Of a DNA stretch of 64,000 nt, positions 25,703 through 39,370 are shown piece by piece. Under the pieces are notes generated by a model, which was not told where the DNA came from, made no database searches, and saw only the letters and a list, made by a program, of their open reading frames with translations. A program made the translations under genes and the position numbers. The stretch comes from Octopus sinensis (Eukaryota), in assembly GCF_006345805.1 (NCBI RefSeq), contig NC_043001.1:81282001-81346000 (forward strand), given 5' to 3'. How positions within the stretch are numbered: position 1 is the stretch's first letter; the number at the start of each line of letters is the position of its first letter.

Positions 25703-27269
25703 TTATAAACAAATCATTTGTGCAGGTCATTTGCCAAACTGTCAGTCATACATTATCTTCAATAGGAAAGTCTGTTATCATCATCATCATTATTATTATT
25801 ATTACTAAGGTGGCCAGCTGACGGAATTGTTAGTATGCCAGATGAAATGCTTAGCAGTATTTTGGCTGTCTTCACTTTCTGAACTCAAATTTCACCGAGG
25901 TCAACTTTGCTTTTCCTCCTTTCAGGGTCAATAAATTAAGTACCAGTGAAATGCTGGGGGATCGATGTAATCGACTAGTCCCTCTCCACAAATTTCAGGC
26001 CTTGTGCCTTTAGTAGAAAGGATTATTATTATTGCTACTACTACAACTATTATTGTCATCACTATCACCATTATTTCAAACATATAGCATTCTGGAATCT
26101 GGTTTAGGTCGTACCTTTTTTTAAGAACTTTGTCTTTTACTTGTTTCATACTTTAACCTCTCATCTCTTAGCATTAAGCTCCCTCTCTAAGAGTGTCTAG
26201 TCTTGCAAGCCGCATAGTGAATATATTAGTGCCATTAGTATGAAAAAAAGCACATGGTACACAATGTAAAAGGATTAGCATTAGGAAGGGCTTCCCATTG
26301 TAAAAACCATGTCAAAGTAGACACTGGAGCGCAAAGCAGTTCTTGGACCCACTGGATCTTGCCAAACCATCCAGCCCATGCCAGTATCAAACATGAACAT
26401 TAAAGGATGATTATGATGATGATATAATTTTTATTTATTTAAAAAGAAACTTCTATAAGTTATTTTCCATTTTAGAAAAATAGAAAAAATCCCACTCCAC
26501 TTACATGCCCCTAGTACTGACATCCCTATCAGATACACTCACCACCATCACTCCATTACAAAATACCATCACCATACCTTCAGCTGTCAACCTTTCTAAC
26601 CAGTATAGTCTCCCCTTCCCTCTACAGTTCCTCCTTTACATACTACAACATCCTACCAACACCACCTTTGTCATGCTACCCCTATCTTCTCCACAACACT
26701 CTTATGTCTGCAGAACTGCCAGTGGAAGAAAGAAAGTTGTCTCAGTAATTTTTGTAATAATTGCATTGCTAAGTAGCATGCTTGAGAGGACATTCGTGCA
26801 GATGCATGCATCAGAGTGAATGCATGCATGTGTATTTTGGAGTATGCATGAAAAAACATATGTAGTACATGATCAGTTGTCTAAACATTTGACAATGCCC
26901 CACCTTATCTGTTTACACATCTGCACAACCACCTCCACCACTACCACCATGTTCATTCTCATAACTGACTTCACTTTCAACCACTATATCACTGCCAGAA
27001 GCTTAAAAGGGTGGTGGTTATAGAAGGGTATATTATTTTTTTTTTTTAGATAAAAGAATTTGAGATTTTATGGAGGGTGGGGGTTAGCAGGTTATTTTTT
27101 GTGTGTAGCTTTTATCATTTACACATTGCAGTCTCCAAACTGCGGCCATGCTGGGGCATTGCCTTGAAGAATTTTAGTCAAATGAATCAATCCTAGTACT
27201 TTTTAAACCTGGTACTTATTTCATTGGTCTCTTTTGCTTAACTGCTAGGTTATGAGTGGGAGGGACAGT

Positions 27270-28159
27270 CACTAAGACCCCAGTGCTCAACTAGTTCTTA
27301 TCTTATTGACCCCCCCCCCAAAAGTGACTAGCAAAGTCGACTTGGGCAGAATTTAAACTAATAATAATAATAGTAATGGTTTCAAATTTTGCCACAAGGG
27401 CAACAGTTTTGGAGGAGGGGATGAATCAATTACATAGACCCCAGTTTTCAGCTGGTACTTATTTTATCAACCCCTAAAAGATGAAAGGTAAAGTCAACTT
27501 CAGTGGAATTTGAACTCGGAATGTAACAACGGGTGAAATACTGCTGAGCATTTTGTCCAACATCCTAATGATTCTGCATGCTCACCACCTGAATAGTATT
27601 AATATTAATAATAATAATCTTTTCTACTATTGGCACAAGACTTTAAATTTTTTTTGTTGAGTTACTAGTTGATTACATCAGCCCCAGTGCACAACTGGGA
27701 CTGATTTTATCAACCCCAAAAGGATGAAAGGCAAAGTTAACCTCAGCAGAATTTGAACTCAGAACATAAAGATGGATGAAATGCCACTAAGTATTTTGCC
27801 CAGCTCGTCTCCTTATATAATGATAATAATAATGTCTATTTTCCTTAGTCACTGCATGGTGATCGCCATAAGCTTTAAGCTGATATAAAAATACCATTAT
27901 TATTATTTACAGGATTGTAAACTCAGTGCCATATAAAATATGGTACTGATAATAATAATAATAATAATGGTTTCAAATTTTGGCACAAAAAAGAGGGTAA
28001 ATTGATTACATCAACTCCAGAGCTCAACAAGCATTTATTTTTTATCCACTCTGAAAAGATGAAAGGCAAGGTTGATCTTGGCAGAATTTGAACTAAGAAA
28101 ATAAAGACTGACAAAATGCTGCTAAGCATTCTGCCTGGCATGCTAACAATTCTACCAGC

Positions 28160-28165
<6 letters not shown>
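27270..28165 (-). mobile_element. Head-to-tail cluster of about four family C tRNA-SINEs separated by (AAT)n
   Basis: Each copy carries the core GAGGTCGACTTTGCCTTTCATCCTTTCGGGGTCGATAAAATAAGTACC (reverse complemented). Confidence 0.8.
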
Positions 28166-28207
<42 letters not shown>

Positions 28208-28209
<2 letters not shown>

Positions 28210-28763
28210 GCCCTGATGCAGTACCAGGCAGTGGCTCTCATGGCTTCTGATCTTAACTGACTGGAAGTGTTATCATGTACATTGTTTTGTCTTGGTATAA
28301 AAGATGGGCTACAGCAAATATTCTGCTCAATACCACAGGTTTGCTTGTCAGTTGTTTGACCTTAACCAGTTGAGCATGTCCCTTAGTGGCTGACGATATG
28401 TGCATCTCTGATCACGAGCAGAAGTAGTGGGGGAGCATCATGGCCATGTGTTGAGAGGGATTCTTTGGAGTTTGAATGGTTCACCTCTGGAAACATAGGT
28501 GTTTCGTTCAACATCCTAAAGCAACCCTTATTCAGGGACCGTTTGAGCAGGATGGGCTACTCAACCTGAAGAAAATTCTAACTGGGCCCCACCTGCAAGG
28601 TCATGTGTTGTTTATCTTGATATGAGATCACCATGTCGCGCACATATGGTTGTGATGCATGTGCCTGGTGTACCTTTATCAGACGGGTAGTCATGATGGG
28701 TATATTGGGCTTCGTATATTTTACCCCAGTGTCACTTTGATGGCATGAACTGCTCTCTCACTC
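28208..28763. mobile_element. 556-bp non-coding dispersed repeat inserted in an (AAT)n tract
   Basis: (AAT)n on both sides (28161-28207, 28764-28797). The right-end segment is repeated at ~28865-28950. No ORF. Confidence 0.6.
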
Positions 28764-28798
<35 letters not shown>

Positions 28799-31062
28799 AA
28801 CAACAACAACAACAAGTAAGAATTATAATATAGTTGTGATGCTCATTCCTCAAACCTTTATTAGGTGGGTAGCCATGATGGGTATATTGAGCTTCATATA
28901 TTTGTACCCCAGCATCACTTTGATGGCAAGTCCTGCACTCTCACTCAAGAATAGCGATATTTCATTCAAGCATAAAGTCGGAACCTTTGGAGAGAGGAAC
29001 TGTCAATTTTATTGATCTTAGTATGTGACTGTTTACTTTATTTATTGACCCCCCAGAAAAAGGAAAAGGCAAAAATCATTTTAAGCATGGTTTGAACTCA
29101 GAACATAGAAGGAATATTATTATATATCACAAGGCATAGAAAACATTCCAAATCACCATTCTACAAATACTGCATCTTTTTCTTCGATAGAATTATTCTC
29201 CAACTCTCTCTATCTGTCTCCCTCTCCCCCACCTCCACAACTTTGCAAGCCAGCATCATCGAACCCAACTCCAGACTGAATATATAAACTAAGTCAACTT
29301 TACCAGAACAAAAACAAAACAAAAATAAAATAAAATAACAATGTGAAAAAAAAAATGGTTGGAACAACTTCGTTCTTTAAAACAATGTTATCTCTTGGTT
29401 TCTCTCAATTGCTATCTTTCATTCCCTCCTTCTCTCCATTTCTCCTCTCTCTATTTCCTTCCCTCCCCCTCTCTCTCTCCTCCCTCACTTCCACTCTCTC
29501 TGTCTCTATGGAACATCTGTAAAATTCTTTTTCTTCAACTTTTTCTATACTCTCATTCTCTCTCTCTCTTTCTCTCTCTCCCTCCCTCTCTCTTTCTCCC
29601 ATCTTTCTCTACCTCTCTTTCTCTCTCTCTCTAATTTTTTATATCTTTTTTCTTATTTTTTGTTTGAATTTTATGTTTTCATTTTTAGTTATTTATTTTT
29701 TTGTTTTTGTATTCTAGTTTTTTACATTTAATTTTTAACCAAAAGTTAGCTGTCTTGAAGAAGATGTTAGTAGAAGCAATAGCAGTAGTGATAGTAGTGA
29801 TAATAGTGCTGGTGATAATAGCGAAGAAAATGATGTTTTATTGTTTCACATGGTGGTGGCCACGATGGTGTTAAGAGTAATGATTATTTTTATTAGTTAT
29901 GGCGGTCGTAAGTGGTAGGAATATAATAGTGTTGTTACTAATTATGGTGATAGTATGACGATGGTGATGATGTTAACTCGTTATTGTGTCGATGAGTATA
30001 ATAGTGTTGCTATTATGATAGTGATGATGACAGCGATGAATGATTACAATGACGATGATGATGATGTTACTAGTTATGGTGGTAGTGGCTGTGATGATGT
30101 GTATGGTGATGTTGTTGTTGTTGTTGCAGGCAGCTGTAATTTAAAATTACAACTAAAAGCTACATTTGTTGTTATCCATTAAACAACAAAACACCAACAA
30201 CAAAAGACAAGCAACAATAATTTTCTTTTTATCTCCTCTTGCAGTTCTTTGTTTTATTCACAGACATGCTTCTTCCATCTGCTTAGTTACCATTTTTTTA
30301 TATTGTTATTTTTTATAGTTATTATATATGATTTGTTGTGTATGCATATATGCATTTTTAGATGCGCATGTATGTATGTACTTTGTTTTTTTTTTTTTTT
30401 TGTGTGTGTGCATATTTGTGTTTCCATGTGTATATATGGCTGTGTGTATATGTGTAGTTTTCAGAGTATTTAAGTATGCAATTTAGTATGTGATTTACAA
30501 TATGTATGTTTATATGTGTGTACCATTTATCTCATGTATTCAACTTCGTTGTTTGTGTGGCATGTATATTGAAATAGATAACTGCTGTAAAGTAAAATAT
30601 ATTTTGTATATATTCTACCCACTCCCATCATCAATCTTCTTATATACATTCAAAGTTTCTCTATCCTTCTATCTATATTTTACACCGCATTTTTTTCCTC
30701 CCTCATTTATAGAGCTCATTGTAAGCCCCTAGTTACAAGGTGAACTTTGCTAATGCTGGTACCATGCAAAAAGCACCCAGCACTACTCTGTTAAGTCATT
30801 GGCTGAGCTTAGCTTGGAGTAAGAAATTATTATTATTGAACTCGCTACATAAAAAAAACAAAAACAAAAATGCTTTACAGTATTTGTTTTGGCTTGCTAC
30901 ATTCTGAGTTCAGTTCCTGCTGAGGTTAACTTTCGTTCCTCCAGGGTGTCATAAAATAAAGTACCACCTTAGCACTGAGGTTGATGTTACCCACTTACCC
31001 TCGCCACTAAAACAGTTGGATTTGTGCCAAAATTTGTAACCATAGTTATTTGTAGTAATATG

Positions 31063-31093
<31 letters not shown>

Positions 31094-31552
31094 AAAGGTG
31101 GTGAACTGGCAGAATCATTAGCATGCTGGGGGAAATGCTTATTATTATTATTAGTTTTTCTTCTTTCAATTTTGTTTCCATTTCTTGCTGAGCATTTTCC
31201 CAACTCCTATGGCAAAGAAACTCACTGTATACATTGGTAGACCATCAAACTAAACACACTAGATTGTTTGTTTTGAAAATGAATTGAAGTTATGTGTAAA
31301 AAGAATTATAAATACACGGGTAGTAATCATTCTTGCATTGACAATGCTCTTCTCAAGATGTGTGATGTATCATATTGTTATTATCATTATTATTACTATG
31401 GGCAATAAAATGTCCCAAATAGTAGATTTCTAGGTTGAATGTTTTGATTTATTTACTTATTTCTGGTTATACTATGTTGTTCAAGTATTGTCGTTGCTGG
31501 TGCTGTTGCCGCTGTTGTTGTGTAACCTATATATTTATAGCCATATTCATAG

Positions 31553-31705
31553 CAAATTCCGCCGAGGTTGACTTTGCCGTACATCCTTTCGGGGTCGATA
31601 AATTAAGTACCAGTTACGCATTGGGGTCGATGTAATCGACTTAATCCGTTTGCCTGTCCTTGTTTGTCCCCTCTGTGTTTAGCCCCTTGGAGGCAATAAA
31701 GAAAT
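31553..31705 (+). mobile_element. Family C SINE 3' half, young (CpG intact), ~40 nt upstream of the exon acceptor
   Basis: Core matches other family C copies but has a distinct tail ending GCAATAAAGAAATA. Confidence 0.8.
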
Positions 31706-31745
31706 ATATATATTTACAGCCATATATTTCAATTATTCTTTACAG

Positions 31746-31847
31746 GATTTCCAAACAGATATCAAATGTAAATTCAAACTGAACCAAGACGTGAAAGTAC
31801 ATGCCACTAAAACAAGCACAGACAGAATCATTTGTGATCCAGTCTCA
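31746..31847 (+). CDS. PLXN: Plexin exon, TIG-like domain (phase 0-0)
   Basis: Acceptor attctttacag, donor gtaagt. 34 codons, DFQTDIKCKFKLNQDVKVHATKTSTDRIICDPVS. Too short to appear in the ORF track. Confidence 0.9.
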
Positions 31848-33694
31848 GTAAGTAACCTCAACATTTTCAATCATTATTTATTTCTTATTTATATATTTTG
31901 AATTATTATAATACTGGCTTTACTGGATGGAATTGTTTTTTTATAATACAGACACAAGCATGGCTATGTGCTTAAGAAGCTTGCTTTCTACTATGCCTCA
32001 GGTTCAGTCCTGTTGTGTGACATCTGGGGCTAGTGTCTTCTACTATAATCCTGGACTGACCAAAGCTTTTGTGAGTGGGTTTCGGAAATTTGGGAAATGG
32101 AAACTGAAAAGAAGCCCATTGTGTACCAGCTTAGGTTGGGTAGTTTGAATGGATCCAATGAGCTGCAGAGCTGTACCAGACTCCAGTGTCAGTTTTGGCA
32201 TTGTTTCTATGACTGGATGCCCTTCATAAAGCCACTCACTTTACAATGTGTACTAGGCTTTTTTTTTTTATCCGGCCACCAGCACAAGTGAGAGGTTGCC
32301 ATGTAACTTGTAAGACAAAAAAAGAACAGGGAGAAAGGAAAAAGAAAAAAACTCCCACTACTAAAAGGGAATGTTTGTGTACATGTATGTCTGTATGCTT
32401 GTTTGCACCTTTGTCTTCACATCATGTGATGTAAACAAGCATCATCCTCATCATACAAGCAATGTTGTTCATTTCTAGTCTTCCATGAAAAGCATGTCTG
32501 ATCATGGGGAAAGATTACCTTTCTTGGAAACAGGTGAGGCTTAGCAGAAAATCTGCCTCAACAAATTCTGTCTGATAACAACTTTGGCTATAAAATTTGG
32601 CCTGAAAATTTTTACTTGTATACCAGAAAATACAGTAAAAGTTTTTAAAAAATCATAGTAGTTGTTGTTATTAAGATAATAGAGGCAGCTGATGTTGTAG
32701 TACAGATCTGTCAAAAATCTAAATGTGTGTGTATATGTGTGTGCATATGCATTCGTACAGCAAATATAGACAGACTCCTTGGAGAAGAAAAGATGAGGGG
32801 TTGGGTCAGCATATTGTAAAACATAGCCGCAGAAGTTTCTATGTGAGCTTCATAATTAAAATTCCACTCCAGCTCTCATTCTCTTGCTCTGCTGGGTGTT
32901 AATTATCAATGTTAATTATCTGAAATGTCCTGAGTCAAATATAGAAACTAACAGTTTGTGTTGAGACTGTTAGAAGGTGGATGGATGTTTCACCTCCTTC
33001 CTTGCTATCAACACCAACCTCACTACCTCCACCTGGAACTGAACCCCCACCTCCTTCACTCACAATTCATCATTTCATAATATTTTGTTGAATTTATGAA
33101 AAAAAATTGCTTTTTTTATCTTGTTTTAAAATTTGTCATTGGTAATGGAAGCAGTATTAGTTCAAAATAGTATTGTATAATTTTACCTAACATGGATACA
33201 CTGTTAAAAAAAGCCAGAAACTATGGTATTTGTCTCAAGAAAGCATCTCATGTAGACATATAGTGCCAAAGAGGTACAGAAGAATATCAATAATTGATGA
33301 AAAGCACTCGGCTCTGTTAATTTATATATTTGGATTTGAGATCACTTCCTGGCCTTAGTCAACCTACTTATATCCTTTAAATGCTATTTTATACCTTTTC
33401 AATAGTAATTAATATTAATGCTATTATCAATCTTTCACCCTTGTGATAAATACTGAAATTACTATTATTCATTGTGTGCATGAATGTTTAACATTAGAAA
33501 TCAATATCCTTGATACTGGGTCACAACCAATTTTCTTATATATTGAGGACCTTTCTTACAATCTTTGCTGTTCCCAATAGAGCAGGTTTCTGAATCAATA
33601 TGACTTTTGTAGTTACACCAGTTTCAATAAAGGAGTTGTTAAGTCTGTTGGTGTCTCAATAAGTGTTAAGTCTGTCATTATTATTATTCATATG

Positions 33695-33995
33695 AGAGTA
33701 CATGGTCTAGTGGTTAGGATGTTGCACTCACAATCAGAAGATTGTGGTTTCAGTTCCTAGACCGGGTGGTGCATTGTGTTTATGAGCAAAACACTTCATC
33801 TTACATTGCTCTGCGATCACTTTGACAGCTGATGCACGGTGCACCATGATCTTGTTCAGGTGATGTCAATTTGATGGAGGTTGTGAGCTAATGTACAGCA
33901 CATACATTTGATCACTATAAACAAATCATTTGTGCAGGTCATTCAGCAAAAGCTGAACAGACATATGTTGTCTTAGACAAGAGAGTCCATCATCA
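33695..33995 (+). mobile_element. tRNA-derived SINE family D, near full length
   Basis: A-box TGGTCTAGTGG, B-box-like GGTTTCAGTTCC, then TTATGAGCAAAACACTTC and a (CAT/ATT)n tail. Confidence 0.8.
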
Positions 33996-34424
33996 TTATT
34001 ATTATTGTTGTTGTTGCTGCATAGGCTGTGTCATTCATTTCCAATATTCTTCAAAAACACACCTGACCTTGGAGAAATATTATGCTGCTTGGGAACAGGT
34101 GAGGGCTTGTGATAGGAGGAAGAGAATCTGGCTGTAAAAAACCTGCCTCAAATAAACTTCATATAACCCATGCAAGCATAGGAAAGATTACATTAAATTG
34201 ATAATGATGATGATGGAAAAGAAATGACAGAAAGCATATGTTGTATTTGTCGATATGGTTGGAGCCTTCTCGATTGTTGTGTGTCCTTGTTGCAAGTCTC
34301 ATTGTTTAACATTTGTAAGTCAGTAGATCTTAGATGAAAGGTGTTCTAGTTGTTACCATCTTGTGATTTTTCTAAGTGTGTGTGTGTGCATGTGGGTTAC
34401 AGAAATAGTACAGCAAAGACTACC

Positions 34425-34767
34425 TTAAAGGGGAAAGACCCCCCCCCCACCTTCGGTCATGAATGACTACAGTATTGCACCTAGAAAATTCCCCTCCAAG
34501 GTATAAGTCTGGGAAAGGTTGTTTATGGAAGACCAGCAGTCACCCATGCATACCAGCCTACCCTCTCCACACCACTGATGTTATCCAAAGTAAGGCAAAG
34601 ACTGATACACCCTGGCACCAGGGATGTCGCAACTCATTTCTACAGCTGAGAGAACTGGAATAACTTGAAATAAAGTGCCTTGCTCAAGAACACAGCACAC
34701 AGCCTGGTCTAGGAATTGGACTAACTACCACATGATTATGAGCTCAGCATTGTAACCACTGAGCCAC
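34425..34767 (-). mobile_element. tRNA-derived SINE (family E)
   Basis: Head GTGGCTCAGTGGTTAC...CTTGAGCAAGGCACTT...CAGCTGTAGAAATGAGT. A similar head occurs at 41325-41640 (+), 55905-56165 (-) and 56545-56770 (-). Confidence 0.72.
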
Positions 34768-35771
34768 TTAAGTATTCAATACACTTTTACACTCATTTCA
34801 GTCACTGGACTGCAGTCATGTTGGGGCACTGCCTGGAAGTGCTTAGTCGAGTAAATGGATCCTAGTATTTATTCTATTAATCCCTTTTGCTAAACTAAGT
34901 TACAGGGACATAAACAAACTAACACCAGTTATCAAGTGGTGGACAGGAACAAACACAGATACAGTTACACATACACTCGAAAAGGCATCCACACAGTTTC
35001 TATCAACCAGATTCACTTGTAAGACATTTGGTCAGCTCAGGGCTATAGTAAAAGACGCTTGCCCAAGGTGCTGTACATTAGGACTGAACTTGAAACCTCA
35101 TGGTTCAGAGGAACTTCATAACTACAAAGTCATGCTTGCACCTAAAAAGTCAAAGGCTACCCTTTTTTCTGTTTCTTTTTTTTTTTACTTAAATTTGGCA
35201 GGAAGTGAGTGAAGTGAGATGTGGTGGCTATTTTTAGCAGGTTGGGTGACCATTTGAGTGTCCTTTGTTGCTATTGGTTTCTGCTGAAAATGTTGTTCTT
35301 GTTATTGTTGTTGTTATTGTCATTGTTGACACTGTTGTTGTTGTTACTAAAGTTGTTGATGTTGCTAAGTGTTTCTATTTGTCAAAATATCAAAATGGAA
35401 AACATTAAAAGAAACACAAGAAAACAAAAACAACAATATATTTTACAGTATGATTGCACCCTCTTCCACCTAATCTCACTGGAGTTCTGGGACTAACAGC
35501 TGTTCTTTTGTTTTATCTCATTTGTCACTCAGCACTTCACCTCTTTCATCATTACTACAAGTATGCACAAACTTACCTTACTCTTCACCTACATATTCCC
35601 ATGGAGACACAACCACACACACACACACACACACAGATTTATATACACTCACATTCCTACACAAGCACACATATACACATACATTCAAACAGTTACACAT
35701 AAAAAATTACACTTGCATGTATACACACATGCACATATGTGTGTATGTATATATGAGTGTGTGTGTGTATG

Positions 35772-35803
<32 letters not shown>

Positions 35804-38759
35804 AATTCATGTCGCGTGCACACATTCATGTGTGTGTACATACTGGTACGCAAATACTGACACATACATATATGCATTTATAATCATATACACTTTCTTA
35901 CACATATCCACAAACATATTCACATGCATACAAACACATATTATCATACATAGAAATACACTTACAAGCACACACATGCATGTGATTATACTGAAATATG
36001 AAGACTTATACACACCATCACATTTGCATTCACATATATACATTTGCATTAACTTACAAGCATATTGTATACACAAATACATGCATATACACATACACAC
36101 TCACTCATATGTATACCTTCACACTTTTACTCATACATACATTTACATAAATTTACAATCATGTATACACAAAAGCATATGCTCTCTCTCTCTCTCTCCC
36201 TCCCTCCTTCCCTCATTCACTCTCTCCCTCCCTCCCTCCCCCTCTCTCCCTCCCTCCCTCCCTCTTTTTCTCTCTTTTTCACACACTGGCATACAGACTT
36301 ATAAATCCAGTGCAGTTTTGCACCCCTGCGTTGCATTCCAGAATTCAAAAAAAAAAAAGGAACAAATAGGTATTGATATGTACATGTTACATTGCACATG
36401 CCAACATGTTCATGTAATATTACACCATACGCACATGTCTAAACATGTAAGAATCCTCAAAATTATCATCATTTTAACCTCTATGTTTCCATGCTTGCAT
36501 GGGTCAGATGAGATTTGTTGAGGCAGATTTTCTGCAACTGGATGTCCTTATCACCAACCCTCATCTGCTTCCGAGTAAGGTATATATGACTCTGCTTCTC
36601 AGAGTCATACATACACACATACAGTCATACACATACATATATGGGCATACTGTTGCACTGCAGACATTATTACACACAGCTATACCTTTGATACATGAGT
36701 ACTCTTATATGCATACTGCTACAGACATATATACACATAGCCAGTACATATATCTACTTATATATGTGCACTTGTATGCTTGCTTGTGTATGGCAAACAT
36801 TTACTTGTGCATATGTGTGTGTGTTGATTTGGTAGTATTGGTCACGATGGTGATAGTGTGATGGTATGGTGGCATTACTACTACTACTACCACCACCACT
36901 ACTGCCACTACTACTACTACTACAGCTACTGATGCTACTTTTTATAATAATACTGTTGGTGGAGTGGCAGTAGAGAAAGTCATGATGGTTGTAGTGTAAT
37001 TAATGGTATTACTTTTAAGACCGGTTGTAGTAGTAATGTAAATGGTGGGTGGTGGTGGTGGAGGAGGCAGTGGTAGTAACAGTGAAGGTGTTATTGTGTA
37101 TTTAAATGGCAAGAATCCCTTCTACATAATTCCTCCCTCCTATCCTAATTCTATTTTCTGCCTATGGTTGTAGACTGGCCAGGTTATTATTGGGGTACCA
37201 TTCTCACAAATATACATGTCTATACAATATACACACATACACACAGATATACATACACACTCATATACATATCCAGGACAACATAGTGTGTGTAGGGGGA
37301 ACTTGTTGCTAAATCTCCTGTATCACCCTTCATGCTTTCAAATACACACCTATTAGCATTTCCTAATTATTGCCAACAATAATTAAAAAAAAAAAAAGCT
37401 AATATATGTGAAATTTAAAAAAAAAATAAATAAAAAAACATGAATTTATAAGAGTACAGGCTAACCATTCTACACCTCGGAACCCACCAGCCAAATTAAG
37501 TCAATGCTTTGTATCATGTTGGCTTCCTGTTGCTTCTTGAATCTTGTATCTCTAAAAATGCTTGTGAGCATCTTTGTTGTCAAACAGAGCAGAGCAAGAA
37601 ATTTCTCACATCTTCCAGGAAGTATCTCATTAATTGTTTATTGACAATTAGTGAGGTTCTCATTAGTTGCTAATCATCAAAGTGTGCCACAAGATCAGAG
37701 CTCATCTCCACCTCTTCAATCAAGGCACTGTGGCTTTTCCTTTGGTTCTCATTAGGTGGACACATGTGTATGAGTGTGTATGTATATCTATCTGTGCATG
37801 TATATGTTTATATGTGTGTGTATCTGCATATTTGTGTAAATATATGTGTGTGCCTGCATATTTATCTGGTTTGGGAGTTTCAGGTTTTGAAGCATTTAGA
37901 ACCACCTCTTAGCCATTATTGTTCTGACCTGGAATATTAGCTTCTATTAGGGTCCCAGCTATGGGTTAAATAGTATGCAACCACTCAGGCCAGAGTACAT
38001 TCAAACCATGGGATGCAGCTTGGTAAACATGAATTATTTTAACAGATGCTGAGTGGATATACTGACAACAAACTGCCAACAGCCAAGATCAACTAGTTCA
38101 GTTAGTGAACTACTGCTATCATCTGTAGTTATAGCATGCACAGATTAGCTATTTCACCTTTTGAAAGACCTATGTGACAAAGATCCAAGCTAGCCATTCA
38201 TGTTGCATCACTTGACTGGGACATCTGGCATGGAAGAATTGCATTAGTCTAGACAAGTTGCCTGACTGAACAACATGTAGTTTATTATTTAAGTGTTCCA
38301 CGAAATTGGGGCCTGTCTCCTCCACTTCATTCAATACATTGTAAGTTTTCCTTCCCCTTCCTTCATTTTGTTCCATAGTTCTTAGTTCTTCAATTGTTAC
38401 ATGAAGAAAAGTGAATTTCAGTGCAATGTACAGCATGAAGGCTTCATTCTCTGTGCCTGTTTGCTACTCTTCAATGTTGTTTGTCTTTTCAATCCAAGAA
38501 AGACGATTCTGCAATTTCTTGCTGAACAACCTGCACAGATGGTATATATCTATAGTGATCAAATGTTTATGTTGCTCTCATTATCAAATAGATATTGCTT
38601 GTACAAGTGCATGGGTGTGCCAGTGATAGATGTTGAAGCTATCGCAGAGCAATGTTTCGCTCAAGAACACAACACACTCCTTGGTCTGGGAATTGAAATC
38701 ACAATCTTGCACTCATGTGTGCAACACCCTAATGACTAGGCTATGCATCCTCACTCTTC

Positions 38760-39370
38760 ATATTGTAATCTTTTGCACCAAATTCATCTTTTCATGGTCA
38801 ATAAAATAACTACCAGTCAAACACTGAGGTTGATGTAATTGACTTAGACCCCAACCCCCAAAAAAATTACTGGCATTGTGCCAAAATTTGAAACCATTAT
38901 TATTATTATTATTATTATCATCATCATTATTAAAGGCAGTGAGCAGGCAAAATGCTTAGCAGTATTTCATCTGTCTTTACATTCTGAGTTCAAATTCCGC
39001 TGAGGTCCACTTTCTCTTATTCATCCTTTCAGGGTTGATTAAATAAGTACCAGTTACACACTGGGTTCAATGTAATCAACTAGCTCCCTCCCACAAAATT
39101 TCAGGCTTTGAGCCTTTAATATAAAGGATTATTATTATTATTAATTTTAAGTCAGCTAGCAAAATTGTTAGTGCTTGCTCAGCAAAATTCTTAGCAGAGT
39201 TTCATTTATCTGCAATGTTCTGAGTTCAAATTCCAGTGAGGTTGACTTAGCCTCTCATCCTTTTGGGGTTGATAAAATAAATACCAGCTGAGCACTGGGG
39301 GGTCAATGTAATGAACTTACTCCCTTCCCTGAAATTGTTGGCCTTGTGCCAAAAGTTTGAAAACATTGTG
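38760..39370 (+). mobile_element. Three consecutive family C SINEs joined by (ATT)n
   Basis: Three cores in the same orientation, each followed or preceded by attattatt. Confidence 0.8.

Larger units (their letters stand above)
25011..25760 (+). mobile_element. tRNA-derived SINE family D, split by a MITE
   Basis: 25011-25236 plus 25703-25760 rejoin to match the intact copy at 33695-33995. Confidence 0.8.

Noticed and set aside
37600-37720. Clusters of TAAT/TGTTTA/TTGACA motifs in unique intronic DNA (also ~23270-23640 and ~32840-32960) as enhancers
   Set aside because: Such motifs are expected by chance in AT-rich DNA. A call would need cross-species conservation or chromatin data.
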